From contig JBIJBY010000001.1 in the NCBI GenBank assembly GCA_044344975.1, positions 1 to 51,150 on the forward strand: a DNA stretch of 51,150 bases, written 5' to 3'. How positions within the stretch are numbered: position 1 is the first letter of the stretch; every line of letters begins with the position of its first letter. The notes beneath the pieces are model-generated. The model was not told the DNA's origin, searched no databases, and saw only the letters and a program-made list of their open reading frames with translations. Position numbers and translations under genes: made by a program. This DNA is from Candidatus Nanopelagicaceae bacterium. Its GTDB lineage: Bacteria > Actinomycetota > Actinomycetes > Nanopelagicales > Nanopelagicaceae. Shown here in pieces: positions 30,911-41,205 of this stretch.

Positions 30911-31909
30911 ATGGCAAACCATGGGAATCTCTACGGCCCAGATTTCACTTTTCTTGGAATACCACGTTGCGATCTTGATGATCCGCGTAGCTATCAAGGT
31001 TTAGATGTTGTGATTGTTGGCGCTCCAATAGATAGCGGTACTTCACATCGTTCAGGTGCGAAATTCGGACCGCAAGCAATTCGAATGGGCGATTACCTTC
31101 CCCACGATGGTGCGCGGCCACATCTCTCTCTTCGAGTAGATGCACTGCAGGATTTAAAGATTGCTGATGCAGGCGATCTCATGATGCCCCCTGGAAATCT
31201 AGAAGATTCACTCAAAGTTCTTAAAGAGGCGACAGAGAAGATCTCCCGTGCTGGCGCAATTGCTGTTGTACTTGGTGGTGATCATTCGATTGCCTCCGCC
31301 GATGTCGCAGGAATTGCAGCGCATCGAGGCAAGGGAAAAATCTCCATGATTCACTTCGATGCACATGCTGATACTGGTGATCTTCAAATGGGCGCGCTGG
31401 TGGGTCATGGCACCCCGATGCGTCGATTGATTGATGACGGATATGTGCGCGGTGATCGCTTCCTGCAATTAGGTTTACGTGGTTATTGGCCTGATGCTCG
31501 CACCCTTGACTGGATGCGTGATCAAGGTATGCGCTCTTACGAAATGACTGAGATACATCATCGCGGCTTGACGGCGGTGCTCGATGAATCGTTTGCCACT
31601 CTTACCAACGGGTGCGATGGCGTTTTTCTCTCGGTAGATATTGATGTAGTCGATCCCGGTATGGCACCTGGAACTGGCACGCCAGAACCGGGTGGCATGA
31701 CAAGTCGCGAACTCCTTGAAGCAGTTCGTCGTATCTGTCTTGAGCTACCGATTGTAGGGATTGATGTTGTAGAAGTTGCTCCACCATTTGATTCTGCTGA
31801 CATCACAGCAATACTTGCTAATCGAGTTGTTCTTGAAGCGCTAAGTGCCATCGCTAAACGAAAGATCGGCGCGACTTATTCACCGACGCAAAATCTATTA
31901 GATCGGTAG
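30911..31909 (+). CDS. speB: Agmatinase / ureohydrolase family protein
   Basis: GGDHS, DAHAD, GHGTP, SVDIDVVDP, APGTGTPEPGG. Substrate (agmatine versus guanidinobutyrate) not resolved. Confidence 0.82.
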   Translation: MANHGNLYGPDFTFLGIPRCDLDDPRSYQGLDVVIVGAPIDSGTSHRSGAKFGPQAIRMGDYLPHDGARPHLSLRVDALQDLKIADAGDLMMPPGNLEDSLKVLKEATEKISRAGAIAVVLGGDHSIASADVAGIAAHRGKGKISMIHFDAHADTGDLQMGALVGHGTPMRRLIDDGYVRGDRFLQLGLRGYWPDARTLDWMRDQGMRSYEMTEIHHRGLTAVLDESFATLTNGCDGVFLSVDIDVVDPGMAPGTGTPEPGGMTSRELLEAVRRICLELPIVGIDVVEVAPPFDSADITAILANRVVLEALSAIAKRKIGATYSPTQNLLDR

Positions 31910-31923
31910 CGCTCAATCATCAA

Positions 31924-33261
31924 TTAGAGTGCAGCAATTGCCTCTTCGAGAATAGCGAGCGCTTCACGAAGTAAATGCTCTGGCATCACTAGTGGTGGCA
32001 GTAAGCGAATCACATTGCTATATGTGCCAGCGGTTAGCAGTAGCACTCCCTTGCTCTGGCAGTACTTAACAATTGCCTGCACCGCTGCTGGGTTTGGCTC
32101 AATCGAGCCTGGGACGACCAGTTCAATCGCTTGCATTGCCCCTCGACCACGAACCTCACCAATAACTTCATACTTCGTAGCCATGGATCGAAGTTCGCGC
32201 TCCATAATTGCGCCGATTTCTCTGGCGCGCGCAGCGAGATTTTCGCCCTCAATCATTTCAATAGCGCCGAGAGCCGCAGCGCAGGAGATGGGCGAACCAC
32301 CAAAGGTGCCCCCTAATCCACTCAGATGAACGCTATCCATTACTTCGGCTCGACCAGTTAAACCTGCAAGTGGAAGACCGCCTGCAATTCCCTTTGCAGT
32401 GGTGATGAGATCTGGAATGACTCCTTCATCTTCGCAAGCAAACATATCTCCCGTTCGCGCAAAGCCAGTTTGCACTTCATCGACAACAAATAGCGCACCA
32501 TTCTCGCTAGCGAATTTTGCTAAGCCGGGCAAGAATCCTTTCGGTGGCACGATGAAGCCACCTTCACCTTGAATTGGCTCAATGACGATAGCGGCCACAT
32601 TTTTTGCGCCAATCTCTTTCTCAATTTTATGAGTGATGTAATCAAGTGCTTCTTCAGCGCACTTCTGTGAATCGCCCAGCCATCGGAATGGGTAAGCCAT
32701 CGGCATTCGATAAATTTCAGGAGCGAATGGTCCAAAACCTTCTTTGTAAGGCAAGTTCTTTGCTGTCATGCCCATCGTGAGATTAGTTCGCCCGTGATAA
32801 CCATGTTCAAACACGATTACTGCGGTTCGCTTGGTGAAAACTCGCGCTACTTTGATTGCATTTTCGACCGCCTCTGCACCAGAGTTAAAGAGCGCAGATT
32901 TCTTTTGATGGCTTCCCGGCGTTAGCCGGTTCAGCGCTTCACATACTTCGACATAACCTTGATAGGGCGCCACCATGAAACAAGTGTGGGTAAATGCATG
33001 CACCTGTTCGACAACGCGTTCGATGACAGAGTCAGCAGAGTTACCCACGTTGACCACTGCGATACCTGCACCCATATCGATGATTGAGTTACCGTCGACA
33101 TCGATGATGACTCCACCGCCTGCCTCTTTGACGAAGACGGGAATCGACATCCCAAGTGACGCGGAGACAGCGGCGCTTCGTCGCGCTAACAACTCTTGCG
33201 ATTTAGGTCCTGGAATAGCGGTCTTTAATATTCGCTCTTGTGGTACTTGCGCTCTAGCCAT
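31924..33261 (-). CDS. gabT: 4-aminobutyrate--2-oxoglutarate transaminase
   Basis: FTHTCF, NSGAEAVENA, YHGRT, EPIQGEGG, DEVQTGFAR, AKGIAGG, GGTFGG. TACCCT-6nt-ATG at 33261. Confidence 0.92.
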   Translation of the reverse strand: MARAQVPQERILKTAIPGPKSQELLARRSAAVSASLGMSIPVFVKEAGGGVIIDVDGNSIIDMGAGIAVVNVGNSADSVIERVVEQVHAFTHTCFMVAPYQGYVEVCEALNRLTPGSHQKKSALFNSGAEAVENAIKVARVFTKRTAVIVFEHGYHGRTNLTMGMTAKNLPYKEGFGPFAPEIYRMPMAYPFRWLGDSQKCAEEALDYITHKIEKEIGAKNVAAIVIEPIQGEGGFIVPPKGFLPGLAKFASENGALFVVDEVQTGFARTGDMFACEDEGVIPDLITTAKGIAGGLPLAGLTGRAEVMDSVHLSGLGGTFGGSPISCAAALGAIEMIEGENLAARAREIGAIMERELRSMATKYEVIGEVRGRGAMQAIELVVPGSIEPNPAAVQAIVKYCQSKGVLLLTAGTYSNVIRLLPPLVMPEHLLREALAILEEAIAAL

Positions 33262-33404
33262 GCGAAAAGGGTACTCAAGGAGCCGTAACGTTGCTAACTT
33301 TATAGAAATGCGCCTGAGTTTCTCCACGAAAACTCTCATAATTTCGCCCCAGGAGCGAGATTAGATTCGAGCCAAGCTTCAGCTCTTTCTGAGAGGATAG
33401 CGCC

Positions 33405-34607
33405 ATGGCCTCTAGTGCGCGTTCTATTGTGATCTTGGGCTCGACTGGCTCGATTGGTGTCCAAGCGCTCGCGCTTATCGACGCCGAGCGTGAAAAGTTT
33501 TCCGTTACAGCTCTTGCTGCTGGCGGTGGGAATATCCCACTATTCATCGAACAGGCAAAGCGTTTTGGTGTATCGATTGTTGGTTGCGCGCGCGACGACC
33601 AAGCCCTCTTGAGAGAAGCGCTACCAGGCGTTGAAGTAATTGTTGGTGAGCTTGCCGCCGAAGAGATTGCCGCCATCCCTGCTGATGTCACTCTCAATGC
33701 AATCACTGGATCCATAGGTTTGCGTCCAACTCTTGCAGCGCTTGCAGTAGGAAACTCGGTAGCGCTTGCAAATAAAGAGTCTCTCGTAGCTGGTGGTTCT
33801 CTTGTAGTAAATGCAGCTAAGCCTGGTCAATTAATACCTGTCGATTCTGAACATTCAGCGCTTGCACAAGCGCTCCGTAGTGGAGTTCACGATGAGGTTT
33901 CCCGGGTCATACTCACCGCTAGTGGAGGTCCATTTAGGGATCGGAGCGATCTTGGCGGAGTAAGTGTTGATGAGGCGCTCAATCACCCAACATGGAATAT
34001 GGGGCCAGTGGTTACTATCAACTCTGCAACCTTGGTTAATAAAGGTTTAGAAATTATTGAGGCGCATTATTTATTTAACTTGCCCTATAAAAAAATTGAT
34101 GCAGTTATCCACCCGCAATCGATAGTTCATTCTATGGTCGAATTCTTTGATGGTTCAGTAATCGCTCAAGCAAGCCCACCAAACATGACCCTTCCGATTT
34201 CACTCGCACTCGACTGGCCACACCGAATTGCCGGAGCAATTGCGCCAATAGATTGGAGCAGAAGCCAGCAGTGGGAATTTCGACCGATAGATAACCTGCG
34301 CTTTCCAGCTATTGATCTTGCGCGACGATGTGGCGAAGTGGGCGGGGGAGCTCCTGCTGCATTTAATGCTGCAAACGAGGAGGCGGTAGCTGCTTTCATT
34401 TCGCGCAGAATTTCCTTTACCGACATTGTCGAAATTATTGATGAAGTTCTCACGCGAATCGGTGGGGAAGTGAGCGATACGCTCCGCGATGTTGACGATG
34501 TCAGTGCGGTCGAAGAGAATGCGCGACATGCTGCGCGGGAAAGAATCGCGCAACTGAGTACAGCGAGTACATCGAGTACATCGAGTAGAGAGAATGGCAG
34601 GGCGTAA
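33405..34607 (+). CDS. dxr: 1-deoxy-D-xylulose-5-phosphate reductoisomerase
   Basis: LGSTGSIG, LANKESLV, PVDSEHSA, TASGGPF, HPTWNMG, NKGLE, NAANE. Confidence 0.97.
   Translation: MASSARSIVILGSTGSIGVQALALIDAEREKFSVTALAAGGGNIPLFIEQAKRFGVSIVGCARDDQALLREALPGVEVIVGELAAEEIAAIPADVTLNAITGSIGLRPTLAALAVGNSVALANKESLVAGGSLVVNAAKPGQLIPVDSEHSALAQALRSGVHDEVSRVILTASGGPFRDRSDLGGVSVDEALNHPTWNMGPVVTINSATLVNKGLEIIEAHYLFNLPYKKIDAVIHPQSIVHSMVEFFDGSVIAQASPPNMTLPISLALDWPHRIAGAIAPIDWSRSQQWEFRPIDNLRFPAIDLARRCGEVGGGAPAAFNAANEEAVAAFISRRISFTDIVEIIDEVLTRIGGEVSDTLRDVDDVSAVEENARHAARERIAQLSTASTSSTSSRENGRA
34556..34588 (+). repeat. In-frame 9-nt tandem repeat at the dxr 3' end
   Basis: GAGTACAGC GAGTACATC GAGTACATC GAGTAG, encoding STASTSSTSS. 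Confidence 0.75.
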
Positions 34608-34609
34608 CG

Positions 34610-35824
34610 GTGAGTAGTTCAGGGGTTGCCGGGATCACTGGAGTGATTGGCGTACTTGCCTTCGTTGTTGCGATGCTTCTCTCGGTCATGATCCACGAGT
34701 GGGGCCATTTCATAACTGCTCGTAAATACGGTATGAAAGTGACGGAGTTCTTCCTTGGTTTTGGGCCACGGCTCTGGTCGATGAGGCGAGGCGAGACCGA
34801 ATTCGGTATCAAAGCAATTCCTGCTGGCGGTTATTGCAGAATCACAGGCATGACTCCCGTTGAACCAATCGCAGAAGAGGATTCTGGCCGGGCCTTCTAT
34901 CGAGCGAGCGTGCCAAAGCGCCTGGTTGTCCTCGGCGCAGGATCATTTCTCCACTTCGTCCTCGCCTTGCTCATCCTCATCCTCTTCTTCGCAGCCGTCG
35001 GTGTACCTCGAGAGTCGACTCGACTTGGTGAAGTGCTCCCATGTATCAAAGAGAGTTCTGCGCCATGTGCAAATAGCGATCGCCCTGCGCCCGCCTTTAC
35101 AGCAGGGTTAAAGGCCGGCGACGAAATAGAAGCAATTGATGGCGCTCAAGTTTCTTCATGGAGTGATGTGGGCTCGGCAATCAGAGCAGGCGCAGAGAGA
35201 GAATTAATTTTTACCGTTACTCGCGAAGGCGAGAAGTTAGATATTCCAGTTACGCCAACCCGCTATCAAAGTGGAGGGCAGAGTTTTGGAATTATCGGAG
35301 TATTGAGTGAACGAGAGAATAAAAGGTATCCACTCCACTCCGCCGTCGCCGAATCGCTTCGCGAAGGAGCGAACATTGCAACAGGTAGCTTTCGAGCGTT
35401 GATTGCGCTGCCAAGCAAGATACCTGCGCTCTTTGGCGCAACCTTTGCTGGCGACGAACGCGACCCTGAGGGATTAGTGGGCGTGGTTGGAGTTGCCCGG
35501 GTAAGTGGCGAAGCAGCATCAAGCACGAGCGGCTCACTTAGCGAGAAGATCGGATTCTTCCTCTTAATCATTGCAAGCCTAAATATCTTCGTTGGAATAT
35601 TTAATCTCATCCCATTGCTTCCACTCGATGGTGGACATATGGCTGTAGCGCTCTTTGATGGATACCGCCGTTCGCGGGCCAGAAGACGTGGCGTTCCACC
35701 ACCACCGCCATTTGATGTGACGAAATTAATGCCAATTACTCTGGTAGTGATTGCGGTGCTGGCAACGCTCTCCATCCTCCTCCTCTTTGCCGACATCGTG
35801 AATCCAATACGACTCAATCAATAA
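34610..35824 (+). CDS. rseP: Site-2 intramembrane zinc metalloprotease RseP/Rip1 (M50, PDZ)
   Basis: IHEWGH, EFFLGFG, IPAGGY, PDZ domain (AGLKAGD), NLIPLLPLDGG. Confidence 0.93.
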   Translation: MSSSGVAGITGVIGVLAFVVAMLLSVMIHEWGHFITARKYGMKVTEFFLGFGPRLWSMRRGETEFGIKAIPAGGYCRITGMTPVEPIAEEDSGRAFYRASVPKRLVVLGAGSFLHFVLALLILILFFAAVGVPRESTRLGEVLPCIKESSAPCANSDRPAPAFTAGLKAGDEIEAIDGAQVSSWSDVGSAIRAGAERELIFTVTREGEKLDIPVTPTRYQSGGQSFGIIGVLSERENKRYPLHSAVAESLREGANIATGSFRALIALPSKIPALFGATFAGDERDPEGLVGVVGVARVSGEAASSTSGSLSEKIGFFLLIIASLNIFVGIFNLIPLLPLDGGHMAVALFDGYRRSRARRRGVPPPPPFDVTKLMPITLVVIAVLATLSILLLFADIVNPIRLNQ

Positions 35825-35871
35825 TCAAGAAACGGTAGGCAGAATTTCCCCTTCTACGGCAAGATAGAGCC

Positions 35872-37011
35872 ATGGTCGATCTTGGAATGCCAGCCCCGCT
35901 TCCCGCTCCACTTGCTTCGCGTCGCACCTCGCGACAGATCAAACTCGGCTCAGTTCTTGTGGGTGGTGGCGCACCGGTGAGTGTGCAATCTATGGCGACA
36001 ACCCTCACCGCCGACGTCAATTCAACGCTGCAGCAGATAGCAGAACTCACCGCTTCGGGATGTCAAATAGTTCGCGTTGCCGTCCCAAGTCAAGATGATG
36101 CGGATGCGCTCGCCGCGATTGCGAAGAAATCACAGATTCCGGTTGTCGCTGATATTCATTTCCAGCCAAAATATATTTTTGCCGCAATAGATGCGGGATG
36201 CGCAGGCGTTCGCGTTAACCCTGGAAATATCAAACAATTTGATGACAAAGTTAAAGAGGTTGCGAAAGCTGCTGGCGATGCAGGCATTCCCATTCGTATT
36301 GGAGTCAATGCAGGTTCGCTCGATCCACGTCTTTTGAAAAAGTACGGCAAGGCGACTCCAGAAGCGCTGGTTGAATCTGCGCTCTGGGAGTGTTCGCTAT
36401 TTGAAGAGCACGGTTTCACTGACATCAAGATTTCCGTAAAACATCACGATCCTGTGACGATGGTTCAGGCATATCGCCTCCTTGCGAGCAGGTGCGACTA
36501 TCCACTTCATTTAGGTGTTACTGAAGCTGGTCCGCTCTTTCAAGGAACAATTAAATCTGCGGTCGCATTTGGAATTCTTCTCGCCGAAGGAATTGGCGAC
36601 ACCATTCGCGTCTCGCTCTCCGCGCCCCCTGTCGAAGAGGTGAAGGTGGGAATCTCCATTTTGGAATCACTTAACTTGCGCCAACGTAAACTTGAGATTG
36701 TCTCTTGTCCTTCATGTGGCCGCGCCCAGGTCGATGTTTACACCTTGGCCGAAAAAGTCCAAGCAGGTTTAGAGGGCATGACTGTTCCACTTCGCGTTGC
36801 CGTTATGGGATGTGTGGTTAATGGACCAGGCGAAGCGCGTGAAGCAGATCTTGGCGTGGCCTCCGGAAATGGCAAAGGTCAGATATTTGTCAAAGGTGAG
36901 GTAATCAAAACTGTTCCTGAAGCGCAGATTGTTGAAGTTCTCATCGAAGAGGCAATGCGCCTTGCCGAAGAGATGGAGAGCTCGGGAGCTCCCGTCGTCG
37001 AAGTTCGATAA
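35872..37011 (+). CDS. ispG: HMBPP synthase (flavodoxin-dependent)
   Basis: [47 protein letters not shown]. Confidence 0.98.
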   Translation: MVDLGMPAPLPAPLASRRTSRQIKLGSVLVGGGAPVSVQSMATTLTADVNSTLQQIAELTASGCQIVRVAVPSQDDADALAAIAKKSQIPVVADIHFQPKYIFAAIDAGCAGVRVNPGNIKQFDDKVKEVAKAAGDAGIPIRIGVNAGSLDPRLLKKYGKATPEALVESALWECSLFEEHGFTDIKISVKHHDPVTMVQAYRLLASRCDYPLHLGVTEAGPLFQGTIKSAVAFGILLAEGIGDTIRVSLSAPPVEEVKVGISILESLNLRQRKLEIVSCPSCGRAQVDVYTLAEKVQAGLEGMTVPLRVAVMGCVVNGPGEAREADLGVASGNGKGQIFVKGEVIKTVPEAQIVEVLIEEAMRLAEEMESSGAPVVEVR

Positions 37012-37017
37012 GCGATT

Positions 37018-37827
37018 TTGGTGTTAGAAACACTTAGAACTTCGCAGCTAAGCAGCGATGTAATTTCTTATCTTGATCAAAGACCAGAAGTGCATTCGTT
37101 CTTGACATCGAGGCTGTTGGCGCTTCATGAACGTTCCTTAAGTGAGGCTCTTGTCTATCGAAATAATGGCGCCGTCGAAGGTGTGACATATATTGGAACA
37201 AACTTGATTCCAAGCTTTTCAAGTCGACAAGCCCTATTTGCGACAGCCGACTACCTTAAATCTCGTCAAATGAAATTCTCTTCAGTTGTTGGCGAGAGCA
37301 CAGTGGTATTTCCGCTCTGGGAGTTGATTGAGCAGAACGCGCCCCCACTCCGGTTGGTGCGACCAAGACAACCTCTCCTTTCGCTTCGAGAAGAGCCATG
37401 GTTGCCCTCTGATCCGTCTGTGCGAGTTGCACAAGCCGATGAATTGGAGCTGGTCATCTCCGCAGGGGTATCGATGTTTATAGGTGAGGTGGGCGAGGCG
37501 CCACAGATCAACGATTTTCGAGCGCGCGCAATTGAATTGATATCAATGGGACGGACATATATTCGCCGTGAAGGAGATCAAATTCTCTTTAAAGCTGATA
37601 TCGGCGCTATCGGAGCTGGCGCACTTCAAATTCACGGCGTATGGGTTGCTCCTGAATATCGAGGTCAAGGCATTGGTTCACATGGGATGGCCGCCGTGGT
37701 TCGTCTCTCCAAGAAGTTCGCGCCGATAGCCTCTTTATATGTCAATGACTTCAATCACGCCGCTCGTGCGAGCTATAAAAAAGTGGGTTTCGTCGAGGTG
37801 GGAACGTTCACCTCAATATTTCTCTGA
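37018..37827 (+). CDS. GNAT family N-acetyltransferase (DUF4081-GNAT type)
   Basis: GVWVAPEYRGQGIG and LYVNDFNHAARASYKKVGF. Conserved ispG-GNAT-proS context. Confidence 0.87.
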   Translation: MVLETLRTSQLSSDVISYLDQRPEVHSFLTSRLLALHERSLSEALVYRNNGAVEGVTYIGTNLIPSFSSRQALFATADYLKSRQMKFSSVVGESTVVFPLWELIEQNAPPLRLVRPRQPLLSLREEPWLPSDPSVRVAQADELELVISAGVSMFIGEVGEAPQINDFRARAIELISMGRTYIRREGDQILFKADIGAIGAGALQIHGVWVAPEYRGQGIGSHGMAAVVRLSKKFAPIASLYVNDFNHAARASYKKVGFVEVGTFTSIFL

Positions 37828-37842
37828 AGTAGGCTCTCACCC

Positions 37843-39579
37843 ATGTCGATTTTGAGGATGTCCTCGCTCTTTCTCCGCACGCTGCGGGATGACCCTGCCG
37901 ATGCAGAGGTAGCAAGCCATAAATTGTTGGTGCGCGCTGGATATATCAGAAGGATCGCAGCGGGAATCTATTCCTGGCTTCCGCTTGGCTACATCACCTT
38001 GCGTAATATCGAACGAATTGTCCGTGAAGAGATGGATAGCGCTGGTTTCCAAGAGGTCCACTTCCCGGCGCTTCTTCCTAAAGAGCCATACGAGGCGACC
38101 AATCGATGGAATGAATATGGCCCAGATCTCTTTCGACTCAAAGATCGCCGCGGTGGCGATTATCTCTTGGGTCCAACACATGAAGAGATGTTCACTTTGA
38201 TGGTCAAAGGCGAGTACTCCTCATATAAGGACTTGCCATTAACTATTTATCAAATCCAAACAAAGTACCGCGATGAAACTAGGCCGCGCAGTGGAATTAT
38301 CCGCGGTCGCGAATTTGTCATGAAAGATTCCTACTCGTTTGATGTGGACGATGCTGGCCTGCAAAGTTCTTACGATGCTCATCGAGCTGCGTATATAAAA
38401 ACATTTGATCGCCTTGGTTTGAAGTATTCAATTGTCTCTGCCATGTCAGGCGCAATGGGGGGTTCAGCTTCTGAAGAGTTTCTTGCTCCCTGCGATACCG
38501 GTGAAGATACCTACGTGCTCTGCCCTTCCTGTGGGTTTGCAGCAAACGTGGAGGCCATGTCGACCAAAGTTCTGGGGCAAAAGTTTGAAACTCCGCCAGC
38601 GATAGAAATCCTCGATACCCCGAATACACCAACTATCGATTCTTTAGTTGATGTGATGAATTCAAAGTATCAAGCAGGCATAACGGCAGCCGATACTCTG
38701 AAGAATATCTTGTTAGTAGCAGATGGAAATGCAATCTGTGTACTTGTGCCAGGTGATCGAGAGGTTGACCTCAAGCGGCTACAAGCAAATCTCTCTGGCG
38801 TCACGGAAGTACGACTTTTTGAAGATGAAGATTTTGCAAAGCGGAGCGAGTTTGTCAAGGGATACGTTGGCCCACAAGATGCAAAGAAGTTCGGCATCAC
38901 ACTTTATGCCGATCCTCGTATTCAAAAAGGTTCACATTGGATTACTGGAGCAAACCAAGCGAATAAACACGCTCGTTTTGTAACTGAGGGGCGCGATTTC
39001 ATAATCGACCATTATGTCGAGGCAGCCGAAGTGCGCGCCGGCGATTTATGCCCAAGCTGCGATACGCCTGTTGTCATTGATAGAGCTATCGAAATCGGCC
39101 ATATCTTCCAGCTCGGTCGCAAATATGCAAAGAGCCTTGACCTCACAGTTTTAGATAAAGATGGCAAACCCTCAGTTGTCACCATGGGCTCTTACGGAAT
39201 TGGAATTTCACGTGCAGTTGCTGCAATCGCAGAGCAGACACATGATGAGATAGGGCTGAAATGGCCTCGGGAGGTATCACCTGCTGATGTTCATATTGTT
39301 GCGACCGGCAAGGAAGATGAGCCATTTACCCATGCCCTTGCACTTGCCGAAGAGCTAGAGCGTGCTGGTTTGCGGATTATGGTCGACGATCGACGAGAGC
39401 CAAGCGCTGGCGTGAAGTTCAAAGATGCAGAGCTAATTGGAATTCCAGTTATTGTCGTTGTCGGAAAAGGCTTGGCTAATGGAGTCATCGAAGTCCGTAA
39501 TCGGTGGAGCCAGTCCAAGAGCGAGGTTGCTGTGGCTGTAGCCAAAGAGGAGATTTTGAAGGTAGTCGAGTCGTTGTAG
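37843..39579 (+). CDS. proS: Proline--tRNA ligase (with editing insertion domain)
   Basis: [44 protein letters not shown]. Confidence 0.98.
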   Translation: MSILRMSSLFLRTLRDDPADAEVASHKLLVRAGYIRRIAAGIYSWLPLGYITLRNIERIVREEMDSAGFQEVHFPALLPKEPYEATNRWNEYGPDLFRLKDRRGGDYLLGPTHEEMFTLMVKGEYSSYKDLPLTIYQIQTKYRDETRPRSGIIRGREFVMKDSYSFDVDDAGLQSSYDAHRAAYIKTFDRLGLKYSIVSAMSGAMGGSASEEFLAPCDTGEDTYVLCPSCGFAANVEAMSTKVLGQKFETPPAIEILDTPNTPTIDSLVDVMNSKYQAGITAADTLKNILLVADGNAICVLVPGDREVDLKRLQANLSGVTEVRLFEDEDFAKRSEFVKGYVGPQDAKKFGITLYADPRIQKGSHWITGANQANKHARFVTEGRDFIIDHYVEAAEVRAGDLCPSCDTPVVIDRAIEIGHIFQLGRKYAKSLDLTVLDKDGKPSVVTMGSYGIGISRAVAAIAEQTHDEIGLKWPREVSPADVHIVATGKEDEPFTHALALAEELERAGLRIMVDDRREPSAGVKFKDAELIGIPVIVVVGKGLANGVIEVRNRWSQSKSEVAVAVAKEEILKVVESL

Positions 39580-39611
39580 AATTCTCCTGATAACTTCATA
39601 GGGAGAGCAAA

Positions 39612-40064
39612 ATGACTTCTGTCGAAAGCGCAATTAGAGATGCAATTGAGCCAGCCATCTCTGCAAAAAACCTCTTCCTCGAAGCGCTACATGTATCTAC
39701 CGCTGGCAAACATCGCGTCATTCGTGTTCTTGTCGATGGCGATAAACCACTCTCGCTTGATGAAGTTACTGCTATTACCAAGCCTATTTCGGAAGCTCTT
39801 GATTCGGTAACGCAACTGGGAGAGCGCTCGTTCACGCTGGAAGTTTCATCGCCGGGTGTAGATTTTCCGCTGACTTTGCCGCGCCACTGGAGGAAAAATA
39901 AAGGACGACTCGTCACTTTCACTATCGAGGGCAGCGAGAAAATTTCCGGACGTATCACCGATTCAACTGAGGAAAAAGTGACCCTAGAAATGACAAAAGA
40001 GGGTGCGCGAGAGTTCTCCTTAAAAGATATCAAGAACGCAAATATCGAGATTGAATTCAAATGA
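39612..40064 (+). CDS. rimP: Ribosome maturation factor RimP
   Basis: TLEVSSPG, PLTLPRHW; directly upstream of nusA. Confidence 0.93.
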   Translation: MTSVESAIRDAIEPAISAKNLFLEALHVSTAGKHRVIRVLVDGDKPLSLDEVTAITKPISEALDSVTQLGERSFTLEVSSPGVDFPLTLPRHWRKNKGRLVTFTIEGSEKISGRITDSTEEKVTLEMTKEGAREFSLKDIKNANIEIEFK

Positions 40065-41014
40065 CAGTCGATATTCCATCACTTTCAATACTTGCAGAAG
40101 CCAATGGTCTCTCGCTAGAAGAGTTGATTAAGAACATTGAAGTTGCCATTGACGAGCGCTACGGCGAATTACAAGAGGCGGAGCCGGGAGTACATTCACG
40201 TCTTGATCGTGAGAGTGGTGCCGTCTCATTACATAAATATGTTGAAGGCGAAGAAATCATTGTCGAAGGCCCACCAGAATTTGCGCGGATTGCTACTGGC
40301 GTAATCCGCAAAACGTTAAAAGGTAAGTTGCGAGAGGTAAAAGATGCCGAAATCGTTCAAGAGTTTTCCACAACTATCGGCGATTTAGTTTCTGGAGTAG
40401 TACAACAAGGGCGAGATAGCAAAATGATCTTGGTGAACATCGGTCCAGTCGAGGGAAAAATTCCACTGCAAGAGCAGGTACCAACTGAGAAATTCGTACA
40501 CGGAGATCGCGTGAAGGCGCTGATTGTTGATGTTCGACAGGGTAATAAAGGTCCAGAGATAGTGTTATCTCGAACGCATCCGAATTTGATTAAGAAGTTA
40601 TTCGCGCTCGAAGTGCCGGAGCTTGTCACTGGAGTTGTCGAAATCATGGGAGTGGCGCGCGAGGCCGGCGCGCGAACAAAAATTGCTGTTCGAGCACATC
40701 GCGCGGGAGTTAATCCAAAGGGTTCTTGTATTGGACCTATGGGATCTAGAGTGCAAGCAGTTATGAATGAACTCAATGGCGAGAAGATCGATATCGTTGA
40801 TTGGTCCGAAGAGCCAACTGCATTCATCGCAGCTGCATTGGCGCCATCACGCGTCATTAGTTGCGAAGTGGTGGATCCAGAGCGGAAGCAGGCAAAGGTT
40901 GTCGTGCCCGACTTCCAGCTCTCCTTGGCTATTGGAAAAGATGGCCAAAATGCGCGTTTGGCCGCTCGATTAACGGGCTGGCGGATTGATATCCACCCTG
41001 ATGAGGTAGGCTAG
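40061..41014 (+). CDS. nusA: Transcription termination/antitermination factor NusA
   Basis: LSRTHP, LFALEVPE, REAGARTKIAV, GEKIDIV, SLAIGKDGQNARLAARLTGWRIDI. Confidence 0.97.
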   Translation: MTVDIPSLSILAEANGLSLEELIKNIEVAIDERYGELQEAEPGVHSRLDRESGAVSLHKYVEGEEIIVEGPPEFARIATGVIRKTLKGKLREVKDAEIVQEFSTTIGDLVSGVVQQGRDSKMILVNIGPVEGKIPLQEQVPTEKFVHGDRVKALIVDVRQGNKGPEIVLSRTHPNLIKKLFALEVPELVTGVVEIMGVAREAGARTKIAVRAHRAGVNPKGSCIGPMGSRVQAVMNELNGEKIDIVDWSEEPTAFIAAALAPSRVISCEVVDPERKQAKVVVPDFQLSLAIGKDGQNARLAARLTGWRIDIHPDEVG

Positions 41015-41063
41015 CCACTCGCATCACGTTACTTATCTACGAGCAATCAGAGGGAGGGCACTT

Positions 41064-41123
41064 ATGAAGAATTCCACTTCATCGATTGAGCTCTCGCGCT
41101 CTGCTGAAGTTCGACAGAAATGA
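41064..41123 (+). CDS. Putative 19-aa upstream ORF in the infB leader (MKNSTSSIELSRSAEVRQK)
   Basis: GGAGG SD 6 nt before the ATG. Its TGA overlaps the ATG of a second mini-ORF MRRQ (41120-41134). Confidence 0.4.
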   Translation: MKNSTSSIELSRSAEVRQK

Positions 41124-41205
41124 GAAGGCAATAGCGGCGACGCGCGTTTGATACGCGCCTAGCCACCAGCTAGCTCGTCTAGCAGGAATATCTAGAAGGA
41201 GAAGT

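Noticed and set aside
19865-33339. Polyamine locus as a recently acquired genomic island
   Set aside because: No integrase, flanking direct repeats or tRNA. The mild AT enrichment is confined mostly to membrane-protein genes, and a polyamine cluster between rlmN and dxr is a recalled arrangement in other Actinobacteria.
41015-41123. ylxR pseudogene between nusA and infB
   Set aside because: No RxCxGC or GRGAY motif in the frames I read; the single GRAL match is not convincing.
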